Source: Patescibacteria group bacterium (GTDB lineage Bacteria > Patescibacteriota > Minisyncoccia > Phycocordibacterales > WO2-35-19). Taken from it: DNA of 64,000 bases. The DNA lies in contig JBBTSI010000011.1 of the NCBI GenBank assembly GCA_038064735.1, forward strand, positions 1,768 through 65,767, given 5' to 3'. A program made the position numbers and the translations under genes. This document shows, piece by piece, positions 35,385-46,101 of the stretch; the stretch's first letter is position 1, and every line of letters begins with the position of its first letter. The notes under the pieces were generated by a model, which worked only from the letters and a program-made list of their open reading frames with translations, did not search any database and was not told the origin of the DNA.

Positions 35385-37526
35385 ATGTTTAGCGATAGAA
35401 AATTTAAAATTAAAAGAGATTTTGAGCCAGCAGGCGACCAACCGCAAGCGATTGAAAAGCTTGTAAATGGTATCAAAACAGGTCTGAAACATCAGACTCT
35501 TTTAGGTGTAACTGGTTCTGGTAAAACCTTCACTGTCGCCAATGTCATAAATGAAATTCAAAAGCCGACTTTGGTCATTGCTCACAACAAAACTTTGGCT
35601 GCCCAGCTCGCCCAAGAGTACAGAGAGTTTTTTCCTCAAAATGCGGTTCATTATTTCGTCTCTTACTACGACTACTATCAACCAGAAGCTTATATGCCAA
35701 TTTCGGATACTTATATAGAGAAAGAAGCGATGATAAATGAAGAGATTGAAAGACTGCGTCATGCTTCCACTCAAGCACTACTTACCCGTAAAGATGTCAT
35801 TATTGTGGCTTCAGTTTCTTGTATTTATGGTCTAGGTTCTCCGATTGAATATGAAAAAGTAAATATGAAAATTGCAAAAGGTGAAAAAATCTCTCGAGCA
35901 GAATTCGTCCGCAAACTTATTGACATTCATTTTGAACGTACCATAGCCGACCTCTCTCCGGGGCAATTCAGAGCCATCGGCAATAAAGTTGAAATTATGC
36001 CCGTTTCGGAAAAAGCTATTTATGAAATCAGTATCGCAGACGGCAAAATTGAAAAAATATTGAAAATAGACGCGATTACCAGAAGTATTTTGGAAGAAGT
36101 GGAAGTATTTTTCCTTTTCCCCGCCAAACATTTCATTTCTACTAAAAAACAAAACGAAAAAGCTTTCAAAACTATCAAAGCCGAGCTCGCACTGCAACTG
36201 AAGAAATTTCAAAAAGAAGGCAAACTTTTGGAAGAAGAACGGCTCAAACGCCGTACCAGTTATGACTTGGCTCTCATCCGCGAGATAGGATATTGCAACG
36301 GTATTGAAAACTATTCCAGACATTTTTCGGGCAAAAAACCTGGTGAAGCACCTGATACTTTACTCTCATATTTTCCCAAAGATTTCTTGACTATCATAGA
36401 TGAGTCCCACGTTTCTGTACCACAAATCGGAGCGATGTATTCCGGAGACGCTTCGCGTAAACAAGCACTGGTAGATTATGGTTTTCGTTTACCAAGTGCC
36501 AAAGATAACCGGCCACTTAAATTTGAAGAATTTGAAGAAAGGGTTGGTCAAGTTATTTATACCAGCGCCACTCCAAGCCATTATGAAGCAGAACACAGTG
36601 AGCAAGTCGTGGAGCAAGTCATCAGACCAACTGGTTTAGTTGATCCAATTGTTGAAGTAAGACCTATTACGGAAAGGAAGATTAGTTCTTCTTCGGCACA
36701 TGTTTCTGAATGCACGGATATTTTCTTGCTAGAAAATTCCTCGTGCTCGGCTCAGTCAGCCTCGCAAGGCATTCATAAACATATACCCTCGAAGAACTTT
36801 TCTGGGCATTACCCTGGTCAAATCGCGGACTTCATAAACGAAGCGGAAAAAAATATAAAAGCTGGTGGCAGAGTCATCGCCACTACGCTGACTAAAAAAA
36901 TGGCCGAAGATTTGAGCGAATACTTGAAAGAAAAAGGTGTCAAAGCTGAATACTTGCACAGTGATATTAAAACCATTGAACGAATTGAAATTTTGACCAA
37001 CTTACGCAAAGGCGAGTTTGATTGTTTAGTTGGAGTCAACCTTTTGCGAGAAGGTCTAGACTTACCTGAAGTAACACTCATCGGGATTTTGGACGCTGAC
37101 AAAGAAGGCTTCCTACGAAGCGACACTTCGCTTATTCAAATCATCGGCCGTGCCGCGCGAAATGTAGATGGCAAAGTTATTTTGTACGCAGACCGGATGA
37201 CCGGTTCAATGGAAAGAGCAATAAGCGAAACTAGCCGCAGACGCGTCAAACAAATCGCTTACAATAAAAAGCACGGTATTACTCCCAAAACTATTATCAA
37301 AAAAATTCAAGACATCACTGACCAACTCAGAAGTGATCATGATAAAGCAGTAGGGGAACTTATCAAAATAGATAAGAATATTTTGATAAAAGAACCTAAA
37401 AAATTAAAGAAACTTATTTCTCAGAAAGAAAAACAAATGGAAGGTGCTGTCAAAATCCTCGACTTTGAAACCGCCGCTCTTTTGCGTGATGAAATTTTGG
37501 AATTACAGAAAATTGGGAAAGTGTGA
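35385..37526 (+). CDS. uvrB: excinuclease ABC subunit B with a ~43-aa insertion
   Basis: PAGDQP, GVTGSGKT, YYDYYQPEAY, DESH, NLLREGLDLPEV, GRAARN. Confidence 0.97.
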   Translation: MFSDRKFKIKRDFEPAGDQPQAIEKLVNGIKTGLKHQTLLGVTGSGKTFTVANVINEIQKPTLVIAHNKTLAAQLAQEYREFFPQNAVHYFVSYYDYYQPEAYMPISDTYIEKEAMINEEIERLRHASTQALLTRKDVIIVASVSCIYGLGSPIEYEKVNMKIAKGEKISRAEFVRKLIDIHFERTIADLSPGQFRAIGNKVEIMPVSEKAIYEISIADGKIEKILKIDAITRSILEEVEVFFLFPAKHFISTKKQNEKAFKTIKAELALQLKKFQKEGKLLEEERLKRRTSYDLALIREIGYCNGIENYSRHFSGKKPGEAPDTLLSYFPKDFLTIIDESHVSVPQIGAMYSGDASRKQALVDYGFRLPSAKDNRPLKFEEFEERVGQVIYTSATPSHYEAEHSEQVVEQVIRPTGLVDPIVEVRPITERKISSSSAHVSECTDIFLLENSSCSAQSASQGIHKHIPSKNFSGHYPGQIADFINEAEKNIKAGGRVIATTLTKKMAEDLSEYLKEKGVKAEYLHSDIKTIERIEILTNLRKGEFDCLVGVNLLREGLDLPEVTLIGILDADKEGFLRSDTSLIQIIGRAARNVDGKVILYADRMTGSMERAISETSRRRVKQIAYNKKHGITPKTIIKKIQDITDQLRSDHDKAVGELIKIDKNILIKEPKKLKKLISQKEKQMEGAVKILDFETAALLRDEILELQKIGKV
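36684..36808 (+). mobile_element. long palindromic element in-frame in uvrB
   Basis: 30-nt arms (24/30 complementary) around the 59-bp core 36712-36770, which is identical to 40672-40730. Confidence 0.85.
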
Positions 37527-37603
37527 TATAATAGACAGGCAATAATTTAATACACACCCTATGGGCAAACCCTGGGTGCGTTTAGGTGTTTACGGCTTAA
37601 AAT

Positions 37604-40270
37604 ATGGTTAAAAAAGAAACAACAAAAGAAGATGGAAAATTAATCGTCCGAGGGGCGAGGACACACAACCTTAAGAATATTACAGTTGAGATGCCTCGCA
37701 ATAAGATGATTGCTTTCACGGGACTTTCCGGCTCAGGCAAGTCTTCTTTGGCATTTGATACTATTTTTGCCGAAGGGCAAAGGCGCTATGTGGAGTCGCT
37801 TTCATCTTATGCTCGCCAATTTTTGCGCCAAATGCAAAAACCCGATGTAGATGAAATCGTGGGGCTCAGTCCGGCCATTTCTATTGATCAAAAATCTCGC
37901 TCAAATAATCCACGTTCAACAGTAGCTACTATCACTGAAATATACGATTACCTACGTATACTTTATGCCAGAGTAGGCCACCCGCATTGTTTGGTTTGCG
38001 GTGATGAAATCAAAAAACTTTCAAACGAAGAGATCAAAAATTTTATTTCGGAAAGAATTTCCGAAATTAAAATAAAAAGCGGAAAAAATTCTAATAAAAT
38101 TCAATTGCCGGTTTATGTAGAAATTTTCGCGCCTATCGTGCGTGGCAGGAAAGGCGAATACTATCAATTACTTTATGATCTGCTCGGTAAGGGCTACACT
38201 CATGTTCTTATAGATGGGAAAAAGAAAGCTTTGCGCGAGCAAATTATTTTAACGAAAACCAAAAGACACAATATCGACGTCTTGGTAGACAGTATCAGTA
38301 TGCTCGACTTCATCGGGGATCAAAAAAGCGCCGAAGAAAGGTTGTCGGAAGATTTGGAAAAAGCGCTTGAAGAATCTGAAGGCATGGTCAAAATAATGTT
38401 TAGAGATATGGCGCTCGAAAAAAATAAAGATTATGTGCCAGAAGAAATTTTTATGTCCAATAAACTTTCCTGCCCGAAAGACGGCTATTCATATCCGGAA
38501 GTTGAACCGCGCCTTTTTTCTTTCAACTCACCATATGGCGCTTGCCCTGAATGTAACGGCCTTGGCACTCGCCATTTCTTCGGCGAGGAATCTTGTCCGG
38601 TCTGTAACGGCGCTAGACTCCGACCAGAAGCTTTGCATGTGACTCTTGGCAAGTCGCCTTCGTCAAAGACTTCGGCGGACCAAGGACAAAACATCGTAGA
38701 CCTCACATCAATGTCTATCAAAGACGTTTATGATTTCTTTATTGAACTCAAACTTACCGAAAGGGAAAAAAATATTTCCAAAGTGGTGATGAAAGAAATT
38801 GAATCAAGACTGGAGTTCATGATAAACGTCGGCATTGACTACCTCTCACTTGACCGCAGAGCCCACACTCTCTCGGGTGGTGAAGCTCAGCGCATCCGCC
38901 TAGCCAGCCAACTCGGCTCAGGACTAGTCGGCGCTCTTTATGTGCTTGATGAGCCAACCATCGGCCTCCATTCCCGTGACAATGACCGCTTGGTCAAAAC
39001 TTTGCTCACGCTCCGTGACCTCGGCAATACTATAATAGTGGTGGAACACGACGAAGATACTATCTTTGCTTCGGACTATATCGTTGATATTGGACCAAAG
39101 GCAGGCGTCCATGGCGGTGAAATCGTAGTCTCCGGATATTTGGATGAGCTTCTCACTGCTAAGCAAAACAAATCCGGTTCCGTAACTTTAGATTATTTGC
39201 GTGGAGACAATGTGATAGAAATTCCGGATAAAAGGAGAGGACAAGACAAAGGTTCGCTGCAAATCCGCGGAGGCAAAGTTTTCAATATTAAAAATATGAA
39301 TGTAGATGTACCGCTTGGCAAACTGGTAGCTGTAACCGGTGTTTCCGGTTCGGGCAAATCTTCTTTCGTTTACGAAATTTTGCACAAAAATTTGCAGGCG
39401 CGTTTTGAACGCAAATACCGCAGTGCACAAACTTTCAATTGTGCGTCTTTCACAGGTACAGAATATCTGGGCCGAGCCATTTTGATTGATCAGTCACCGA
39501 TAGGGCGTACGCCGAGGTCCAACCCCGCTACTTATACAGGAAGTTGGACTTTCATCCGCGAACTTTTCGCTGAGACAGCGGAAGCAAGAGCGCGTGGTTG
39601 GAAGGCCAGTCGATTTTCCTTCAACGTAGCAGGCGGGCGCTGTGAAGTTTGCGGTGGTAACGGCGAAATAGAAGTAGAAATGCATTTTTTACCGACCGTT
39701 TATGTGCCTTGCGATGTTTGCCGTGGCAAAAGATTTATGAAAGAAACTTTGGAAGTGAAATACAAAAAGAAAAATATTTACGAAATTTTGGAAATGACAG
39801 TTGAGGAAGCGCTAACCTTTTTTGAAGATATCCCTGCAGTTTATGACAGACTCAAGACGCTCAATGAAGTGGGTCTGGGTTATTTGAAACTCGGACAATC
39901 AGCCACCACCCTTTCCGGTGGGGAAGCACAAAGAGTGAAAATTTCATCGGAGCTTTATCGTCCGCACCTGCAAAAAACTATTTATCTACTTGATGAGCCG
40001 ACCATCGGTCTGCATTATGAAGATGTCAAAAAACTGATAGAAATTTTGCAAAAATTAGTAAACAAGGGAAACACAGTAGTGGTCATTGAACACAATATGG
40101 ATATCATCAAATCCTGCGATTATGTTTTGGATATTGGTCCCGAAGGCGGCGACCTTGGCGGTAACCTCGTCGCCAAAGGCACTCCCGAAGAAATCGCCAA
40201 CAACTCCAAATCTCACACCGGCAAGTATTTAAAGAAAGCATTGAAACAATATGCAGCACATAAAAAATAA
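37604..40270 (+). CDS. uvrA: excinuclease ABC subunit A
   Basis: [23 protein letters not shown], two LSGGEAQR signatures, Zn-finger motifs. Confidence 0.97.
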   Translation: MVKKETTKEDGKLIVRGARTHNLKNITVEMPRNKMIAFTGLSGSGKSSLAFDTIFAEGQRRYVESLSSYARQFLRQMQKPDVDEIVGLSPAISIDQKSRSNNPRSTVATITEIYDYLRILYARVGHPHCLVCGDEIKKLSNEEIKNFISERISEIKIKSGKNSNKIQLPVYVEIFAPIVRGRKGEYYQLLYDLLGKGYTHVLIDGKKKALREQIILTKTKRHNIDVLVDSISMLDFIGDQKSAEERLSEDLEKALEESEGMVKIMFRDMALEKNKDYVPEEIFMSNKLSCPKDGYSYPEVEPRLFSFNSPYGACPECNGLGTRHFFGEESCPVCNGARLRPEALHVTLGKSPSSKTSADQGQNIVDLTSMSIKDVYDFFIELKLTEREKNISKVVMKEIESRLEFMINVGIDYLSLDRRAHTLSGGEAQRIRLASQLGSGLVGALYVLDEPTIGLHSRDNDRLVKTLLTLRDLGNTIIVVEHDEDTIFASDYIVDIGPKAGVHGGEIVVSGYLDELLTAKQNKSGSVTLDYLRGDNVIEIPDKRRGQDKGSLQIRGGKVFNIKNMNVDVPLGKLVAVTGVSGSGKSSFVYEILHKNLQARFERKYRSAQTFNCASFTGTEYLGRAILIDQSPIGRTPRSNPATYTGSWTFIRELFAETAEARARGWKASRFSFNVAGGRCEVCGGNGEIEVEMHFLPTVYVPCDVCRGKRFMKETLEVKYKKKNIYEILEMTVEEALTFFEDIPAVYDRLKTLNEVGLGYLKLGQSATTLSGGEAQRVKISSELYRPHLQKTIYLLDEPTIGLHYEDVKKLIEILQKLVNKGNTVVVIEHNMDIIKSCDYVLDIGPEGGDLGGNLVAKGTPEEIANNSKSHTGKYLKKALKQYAAHKK
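38653..38680 (+). repeat. short palindromic element in-frame in uvrA
   Basis: GTCGCCTTCGTCAAAGACTTCGGCGGAC encoding SPSSKTSAD. Confidence 0.8.
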
Positions 40271-41585
40271 AATATCAAAATTGCCGGATGCGCCGGGGGT
40301 GTATTTTTTTCTTCGGGCGCCGAAGCCTAGCGAAGGAGGCAAACCTAAGATTCTTTATATTGGCAAAGCGACTTCGCTAAGAAGTAGGGTGAAGAGTTAT
40401 TTCAATGGAAGAATTGAAGAAACTCGAGGACCGCTGATTTCCAAAATGCTCAGCGAATTTACTGATATTAAATTCCAAAAAACCGATTCGGTTTTGGAAG
40501 CGCTCATTTTGGAAGCTAACCTCATCAAAAAGCACCAGCCCGAAGCCAACACTGACGAAAAAGACGACAAAAGTTTTAATTATGTAGTTATCACTAAAGA
40601 AGATTGGCCGAGAGTTTTAGTTATGCGAGAGAAAGAACTTCGAACTTTTTTTTCACCACATTCTTCGAAAAGCACGGATATTTTCTTGCTAGAAAATTCC
40701 TCGTGCTCGGCTCAGTCAGCCTCGCAAGGCTTTTCTCAGAACGATGGTTCAAAAAAGTTTTCAATCTCTAAAACTTTCGGACCATTTACAAACGGCGCAC
40801 AGCTCAAAGAAGCGATGAAAATCGTCCGCAAGATTTTCCCATTTAGGGATAAATGTGAAATAGGGCAAAAAAGAGCATGTTTCAATCGCCAAATCGGACT
40901 TTGTTCTGGAGTTTGTACTGGTGAAATATCCAAAAAAGATTACGGAAAGCAAATCAAAAATATTGTTTTGTTTTTTGAGGGTAAGAAAAAAGCTTTGATA
41001 AAAAATTTGGAAAAGCAGATGAAAGCATTCTCTAATTCGCGCGAATATGAGAATGCGGGAAAAATAAAAAGGCAGATTTTTGCCCTTTATCATATCCAAG
41101 ATGTCTCACTGATAAAAAGTGAAAATATAATAAATCTAAATTCAAACCAAACATTCAGAATTGAAAGCTACGATATAGCACACCTCTCGGGCACTAATGT
41201 AGTAGGAGCAATGACTGTGGTAGAAAATGGAGAAATTAAAAAAACAGATTACCGCAAATTCAAAATCAGAAGTGCGACAATCGACGACACCAAAGCCCTC
41301 TCTGAAGTTTTAGCTCGTAGATTAAATCATTCCGAATGGCCGATGCCTGATTTAATAGTAGTCGATGGGGGAGAAGCTCAAAAACGAGCCGTAGAAAAAG
41401 TTTTAAAAATCAATTCAAAAAACATTCCGGTCGTCTCTGTCGTTAAAGACGAAAGACATAAACCAAAAGATATTTTAGGAGATAAAAAATGGCTAAAGCA
41501 GGAAACCGAAATACTTCTAGCTAATGCCGAAGCCCACCGCTTTGCCATAAGCTTCCACAGGAATCTCCGTCGAAAGTTGTCTTAA
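40251..41585 (+). CDS. uvrC: excinuclease ABC subunit C (no C-terminal HhH), with two insertions
   Basis: PGVY...LYIGKA.SLRSRV.SY, EALILE, RIESYDIAH, PDLIVVDGG, EAHRFAI. Confidence 0.92.
   Translation: MQHIKNKISKLPDAPGVYFFLRAPKPSEGGKPKILYIGKATSLRSRVKSYFNGRIEETRGPLISKMLSEFTDIKFQKTDSVLEALILEANLIKKHQPEANTDEKDDKSFNYVVITKEDWPRVLVMREKELRTFFSPHSSKSTDIFLLENSSCSAQSASQGFSQNDGSKKFSISKTFGPFTNGAQLKEAMKIVRKIFPFRDKCEIGQKRACFNRQIGLCSGVCTGEISKKDYGKQIKNIVLFFEGKKKALIKNLEKQMKAFSNSREYENAGKIKRQIFALYHIQDVSLIKSENIINLNSNQTFRIESYDIAHLSGTNVVGAMTVVENGEIKKTDYRKFKIRSATIDDTKALSEVLARRLNHSEWPMPDLIVVDGGEAQKRAVEKVLKINSKNIPVVSVVKDERHKPKDILGDKKWLKQETEILLANAEAHRFAISFHRNLRRKLS
40318..40340 (-). repeat. short palindromic element in-frame in the uvrC GIY-YIG hairpin
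   Basis: Reverse complement GCCTCCTTCGCTAGGCTTCGGCG; encodes APKPSEGG between GVY and YIG. Confidence 0.7.
40643..40759 (+). mobile_element. long palindromic element in-frame in uvrC
   Basis: 31-nt imperfect arms around the same 59-bp core found in uvrB. Confidence 0.85.
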
Positions 41586-41606
41586 TTTGTGCTATAATGA
41601 AGTTGT

Positions 41607-42026
41607 ATGGAAAAATATAAATGGGTAGAAAAATATAGCGTCGGAGTGGAAGAATTGGATGCTCAACACCAACATTATTTTGAAATTGTCAGCGAAGTTA
41701 TCAAAATGACCGGTCAGGAAAAAATTGTTCTCAATGATCTTTTGGTTAAAATTGATGATTTAAATAATTATTCGATCTACCATTTCACCACCGAAGAAAA
41801 TTTATTCAAACACTACGCTTATCCAGACGCCGAAGAACATATTGCTGCCCATAATACTTACGAAGAAAAAATGGATACCTTCATTGCAGATGCAAACAGA
41901 GAAGGGGCCGATACAAAAAAAATTGTTCTAGAAATTGCTGAGTTTGCCGGTAGCTGGCTTGTGAATCACATCATGGTTATAGACCAAAAATATATCAAGT
42001 TTATGCATGAAAAAGGCATAAAATAA
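41607..42026 (+). CDS. bacteriohemerythrin
   Basis: W...YSVGV..LD.QH, HF..EE, H...H, WL.NHI...D. Confidence 0.92.
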   Translation: MEKYKWVEKYSVGVEELDAQHQHYFEIVSEVIKMTGQEKIVLNDLLVKIDDLNNYSIYHFTTEENLFKHYAYPDAEEHIAAHNTYEEKMDTFIADANREGADTKKIVLEIAEFAGSWLVNHIMVIDQKYIKFMHEKGIK

Positions 42027-43285
42027 TGAAAGAAAATCCAAACACTTTTGATGTTATTGTCGTCGGTGGCGGCCCTTCAGGAATGATGGCTGCCGGTTTT
42101 GCCGCTAAACGAGGTCTCAAAGTACTACTTCTAGAAAAGAACGCCCGTCTAGGCGACAAACTCATGGCAACCGGCGGTGGCCGTTGCAATATTACCAATG
42201 CCGAAGAAGACCGCGAAACCCTGCTCCGCAATTATGGCGAAGCCAAAGATTTCCTTTATTCGGCTTTTGCTCAATTTGGAGTCAAAGAGACAATTCATTT
42301 TTTTGAAGACCATGATTTACCTTTAAAAATTGAAGACAAAAAAAGAGTTTTTCCAAAAAGCGGACGGGCTACCGATGTCTTTCAAGTCTTGGAAAAATTT
42401 ATGAATAAAGGTGGTGTAGTCGTGAAGTCAGACCAAAGAGTTTTAAAAATTTTAACCAATGAAAATAAAATAATTGGCGTACTGGTAGGTAAAGAAAAGT
42501 TTTATGCAGATTCTTTAATTTTAGCAACAGGTGGTCTCTCTCGTCCAGAATTAGGAGCAAGTGGTGAAGGTTTTAGATGGTTGGAATCACTCGGGCACAA
42601 GGTTAAAAAACCTTCACCAGATATCGTACCACTGGCTGTAAGTGAAAATTGGGCCAAAGAGCTTTCGGGTATTTCTCTGCCACTTATGAAAATTACTTTT
42701 TTTGTTAATGGTCTGAAAAAGTTCAGCAAAAAAGGCTCGCTCCTCTTCACTCATTTCGGCATATCAGGACCACTTATTTTAAATAGTGCCAAGCTCGTTA
42801 AGCCTTTACTCAAAGAAGGCGCTGTCACCGCCCAAATTGACACTTATCCAGACAAAAATATTGGTGAACTGGAAAAAGAAATTATCAAAACTTTTGATGA
42901 AAATAAAAACAAGACTCTCAAAAATATTCTGACCGAAATAGTACCAAACGGCTTGGCCAAAATTTTGAAAACATTATTCTCCAATTTTGATATTGAAAAG
43001 AAAGTGCACAGCGTCACCAAAATTGAGCGCCGAGAAATTGTAGAATTACTCAAAGCTCTGCCTGTCACAGTGACCGGGCTTATGGGTTTTGATCGCGCCG
43101 TAGTCTCCGATGGGGGGCTCGAGCTTACCGAAATTGATATGAAAACTATGCGATCCAAGCTCCACCCCAATCTTTATGTCACCGGCGACCTACTCAACAT
43201 CACCCGCCCATCTGGCGGTTTCTCCCTCCAGCTCTGCTGGACCACCGGCGCTATCGCTGGTAAAAATGTCGGAAATTCCAACTAA
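42026..43285 (+). CDS. HI0933/BaiN-family flavoprotein
   Basis: GGGPSGMMAA, KL.ATGGGRCNITN, LATGG.S.P, LLFTHFGISGP, GGFSLQ. Confidence 0.92.
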   Translation: MKENPNTFDVIVVGGGPSGMMAAGFAAKRGLKVLLLEKNARLGDKLMATGGGRCNITNAEEDRETLLRNYGEAKDFLYSAFAQFGVKETIHFFEDHDLPLKIEDKKRVFPKSGRATDVFQVLEKFMNKGGVVVKSDQRVLKILTNENKIIGVLVGKEKFYADSLILATGGLSRPELGASGEGFRWLESLGHKVKKPSPDIVPLAVSENWAKELSGISLPLMKITFFVNGLKKFSKKGSLLFTHFGISGPLILNSAKLVKPLLKEGAVTAQIDTYPDKNIGELEKEIIKTFDENKNKTLKNILTEIVPNGLAKILKTLFSNFDIEKKVHSVTKIERREIVELLKALPVTVTGLMGFDRAVVSDGGLELTEIDMKTMRSKLHPNLYVTGDLLNITRPSGGFSLQLCWTTGAIAGKNVGNSN

Positions 43286-43965
43286 CCCTTAAGATATTCT
43301 TTCAGTTTTTCTTCTCCAAGGGGCTTGTCTCCTTTGGCTACTTTGAAACTTTCTTTGAATTCTTTCCAGTGATTTTTGTCAAAAATCCAGTTGATTATAA
43401 AAATAACAAGCATAGCCAAAATCGCTCCTATCATAGCCATACCCATATCTTTTTGGGCGTCCCAAATATCACCTTGGCTTCCGAGAAAAGCGAGGCCAGC
43501 GGCAGGGTCAACATTTCTGGCAACCAACCATTCTACAATTTCATAAAATGCCGAAAAAGCGGCGGTGAGGTCAAGCGGGAAATAATACCCCCAAAATCCT
43601 TTGACTTTGGACAACCTTATAAAAACTTCTCTTATCGGATATGCCAAAAGAAATCCGAAGCTGAAATGTACAAGACGGTCATACATATTTCGGTCTGAAT
43701 TAAACCAATCTTGAAGAACATTACCAAAAGGCACTTCGGCATAAGTATAGTGTGAACCGATGACATGCAGGATCATAAAAATAGTAATCAAAGTGTAGGA
43801 AACATTTGAGAGTTTGAGCCATCGTCCTGTGATAATAATTAGGGGAACAAATATAAAAACCAGATAATTTTCTAATAACCAATCGTGAGGAAAAAGGGGA
43901 TTGATCGCTGCCCAAACCCAAACCGCCACGAAAGCCAAAACAAGAAACAATTTGTATTTACTCAT
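43282..43965 (-). CDS. DUF2238 (YjdF-like) membrane protein
   Basis: DWLLEN, HYTYAEVPFG, RN.YDRLVHF, FLGSQGDIWDAQKDM. Confidence 0.88.
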   Translation of the reverse strand: MSKYKLFLVLAFVAVWVWAAINPLFPHDWLLENYLVFIFVPLIIITGRWLKLSNVSYTLITIFMILHVIGSHYTYAEVPFGNVLQDWFNSDRNMYDRLVHFSFGFLLAYPIREVFIRLSKVKGFWGYYFPLDLTAAFSAFYEIVEWLVARNVDPAAGLAFLGSQGDIWDAQKDMGMAMIGAILAMLVIFIINWIFDKNHWKEFKESFKVAKGDKPLGEEKLKEYLKG

Positions 43966-44040
43966 ATTTCATAATTATAAAACAAATGTTTTCATTTGAT
44001 AACAGTAGAAAAAGTGGATAAAATCTGTTAGTTTTAAACC

Positions 44041-45045
44041 ATGTCATTAAGTATAGGAATCGTCGGTTTGCCAAACGTGGGGAAATCCACACTCTTTAAC
44101 GCACTTACGAAAAAAAGCGTACCAGCGGAAAATTACCCATTTTGCACCATTGACCCATCAGTAGGTATTATCCCCGTGCCAGACGAAAGACTAGAACGGC
44201 TAAACGCGTTTAGCCGTTCGGCCAAAAAAATCCCCGCCGTAGTGGAATTCGTAGATATCGCCGGACTAGTGCGTGGCGCCTCAAAAGGGGAGGGTAAGGG
44301 CAACCAATTCCTCACAGCTATCAAAGAATGCGATGCTATCGCCGAGGTGGTGCGCGTTTTTGACGACCCGGAAGTTTTACATGTCGAAGGAAAAATTGAT
44401 CCGCTCTCGGATATTGAAACCATAAATCTTGAACTCATTTTGAAAGATATGGAGACGGTGACCAAGCGTCTCGGCAGTTTGGAAAAAGAAGTGAGGGCCG
44501 GAAAGAAAGAAGCTCTGCTTGAAAAAAGCGGTTTGGAGCAAATCTTCAAAGCTTTGGAAGCGGAAAAAATGGCCTCCTCTGTTTTCAACGAGCTGGACGA
44601 ATTCGAAAAACCTTTCGTGAAAAATTTGCAACTCCTGACTATGAAGCCGGTACTTTATGTTTTGAACACTTCCGAAGCTGGTGAAAACAAAGTTGATATA
44701 AAAGAAAGGATTCCTGGACCATACGTTGAAGTAGATCCCATTTTTGAAAAAGGCCTCACTGACCTCATCACCAAAGCTTACGAAACGCTCGACCTCATTA
44801 CTTACTTCACGACCGGCGAGGACGAAACTCGAGGTTGGACTATTCTGAGAGACTCCACTGCACCCGTCGCCGGCATGGCCATCCACACAGACTTCCGCGA
44901 CAAATTCATCCGCGCTGAAGTCATAGAATGGGACAAACTCCTATTAGCTGGCTCTTACGCCACCGCTCGTGAACGTGGCCTCCTCCGCACCGAAGGCAAA
45001 ACTTACATCGTCAAAGACGGGGATGTCATAGAATTCAAAATCTAA
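44041..45045 (+). CDS. ychF: redox-regulated ATPase YchF
   Basis: GIVGLPNVGKSTLFN, NYPFCTI, DIAGLV.GAS.G.G.GNQFL, EGK.Y.V.DGD. Confidence 0.96.
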   Translation: MSLSIGIVGLPNVGKSTLFNALTKKSVPAENYPFCTIDPSVGIIPVPDERLERLNAFSRSAKKIPAVVEFVDIAGLVRGASKGEGKGNQFLTAIKECDAIAEVVRVFDDPEVLHVEGKIDPLSDIETINLELILKDMETVTKRLGSLEKEVRAGKKEALLEKSGLEQIFKALEAEKMASSVFNELDEFEKPFVKNLQLLTMKPVLYVLNTSEAGENKVDIKERIPGPYVEVDPIFEKGLTDLITKAYETLDLITYFTTGEDETRGWTILRDSTAPVAGMAIHTDFRDKFIRAEVIEWDKLLLAGSYATARERGLLRTEGKTYIVKDGDVIEFKI

Positions 45046-45099
45046 CGGCTTCATATATATGAAGATAAAGTGGTATAATTAAGTTATTAACATTAACCT

Positions 45100-45126
45100 T
45101 CCGCCTTCGTTAAAACTTCGGCGGAC
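45100..45126 (+). repeat. short palindromic element in a 5' UTR
   Basis: TCCGCCTTCGTTAAAACTTCGGCGGAC, near-identical to the uvrA copy. Confidence 0.8.
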
Positions 45127-45135
45127 AAGAATACT

Positions 45136-46071
45136 ATGGAAAATAAAGCATCAGCGAAAGACTTCTTCCTCCACCTTGGAGCTATCGTGGGACTTTACAC
45201 TGTCACGATAAGTTTTATAAATCTGCTTTTCAAAGTTATCAACAAAGCTTTCCCGGAAGTAACTTCAAATATTTATTCTTGGGGCGGAGGTTCGGAAATC
45301 AGTTTACCAATAGCCACCCTTATTATCTTTTTCCCTATTTTCGTTTTTCTTTCACAAATGGTCCACAAAATTTATATTGAAAATCCGGCGAAAAAAGATT
45401 TGGCTATCAGGAAGTGGCTGACTTATATCACGCTCTTCGTAGCCGGTATTGCTTTAGCGGCAGACTTGGTAACAGTTCTTTACAAATTTTTGGACGGCCA
45501 AGATTTGACCGCCGCATTTTTACTCAAAGCTCTCACGGTACTTTTGGTAGCTGGAATAATTTTTTGGTTTTACATTCAAGACATCCGCGATAAAGTTTCC
45601 GCCGGCAGTAGGAAAATTTGGAGTATGGGTGTCGGTCTAATAATTTTAGTTGCTATCATTTTAGGATTTTCCGTACTTGGTTCTCCTCAAAGCCAAAGAC
45701 TGGTCAGATATGATGCTCAAAAAATTACCGATCTCCAAAATATCCAATATCAAGTGATAAGCTACTGGCAAACAAACGGCAAATTGCCGACAAGTTTGAG
45801 TGATGTGGCCTCATCTGATCAATACAATATCATTCCCAAAGATCCCCAAACTCAAACCACTTACGAATATCAAAAAACTGATGTGATGACTTTCAACCTC
45901 TGTGCCGAATTCAATAAAGAAAATCTAAATGTTCAAAATTTTGGTGACTTTGGACCTGTTTATGGCAAAGGTGAAATAATTCAAAACACCAACTGGAACC
46001 ACAGTGCCGGTCGCCAATGCTTCACTCGTGTCATCGACCCAGTAGCTTATCCAACTCAGGTGAGGGGATAG
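45136..46071 (+). CDS. membrane protein (DUF5671-like) with pilin-like C-terminal domain
   Basis: Multi-TM N-terminus, RKWLTYITLF, then D...DL..I...Y...G.LP.SL...P.DP.T...Y.Y...F.LCA.F. Confidence 0.7.
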   Translation: MENKASAKDFFLHLGAIVGLYTVTISFINLLFKVINKAFPEVTSNIYSWGGGSEISLPIATLIIFFPIFVFLSQMVHKIYIENPAKKDLAIRKWLTYITLFVAGIALAADLVTVLYKFLDGQDLTAAFLLKALTVLLVAGIIFWFYIQDIRDKVSAGSRKIWSMGVGLIILVAIILGFSVLGSPQSQRLVRYDAQKITDLQNIQYQVISYWQTNGKLPTSLSDVASSDQYNIIPKDPQTQTTYEYQKTDVMTFNLCAEFNKENLNVQNFGDFGPVYGKGEIIQNTNWNHSAGRQCFTRVIDPVAYPTQVRG

Positions 46072-46101
46072 TTTTAAATTTCTAATTGACCTAATTGCTC
46101 T

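Noticed and set aside
36684-36808. uvrB, uvrC or mnmA inserts as inteins or group I/II introns
   Set aside because: At 30-43 codons they are far too short, lack intein C/S...HN termini and lack intron core motifs. RNA-level removal by another route is not excluded.
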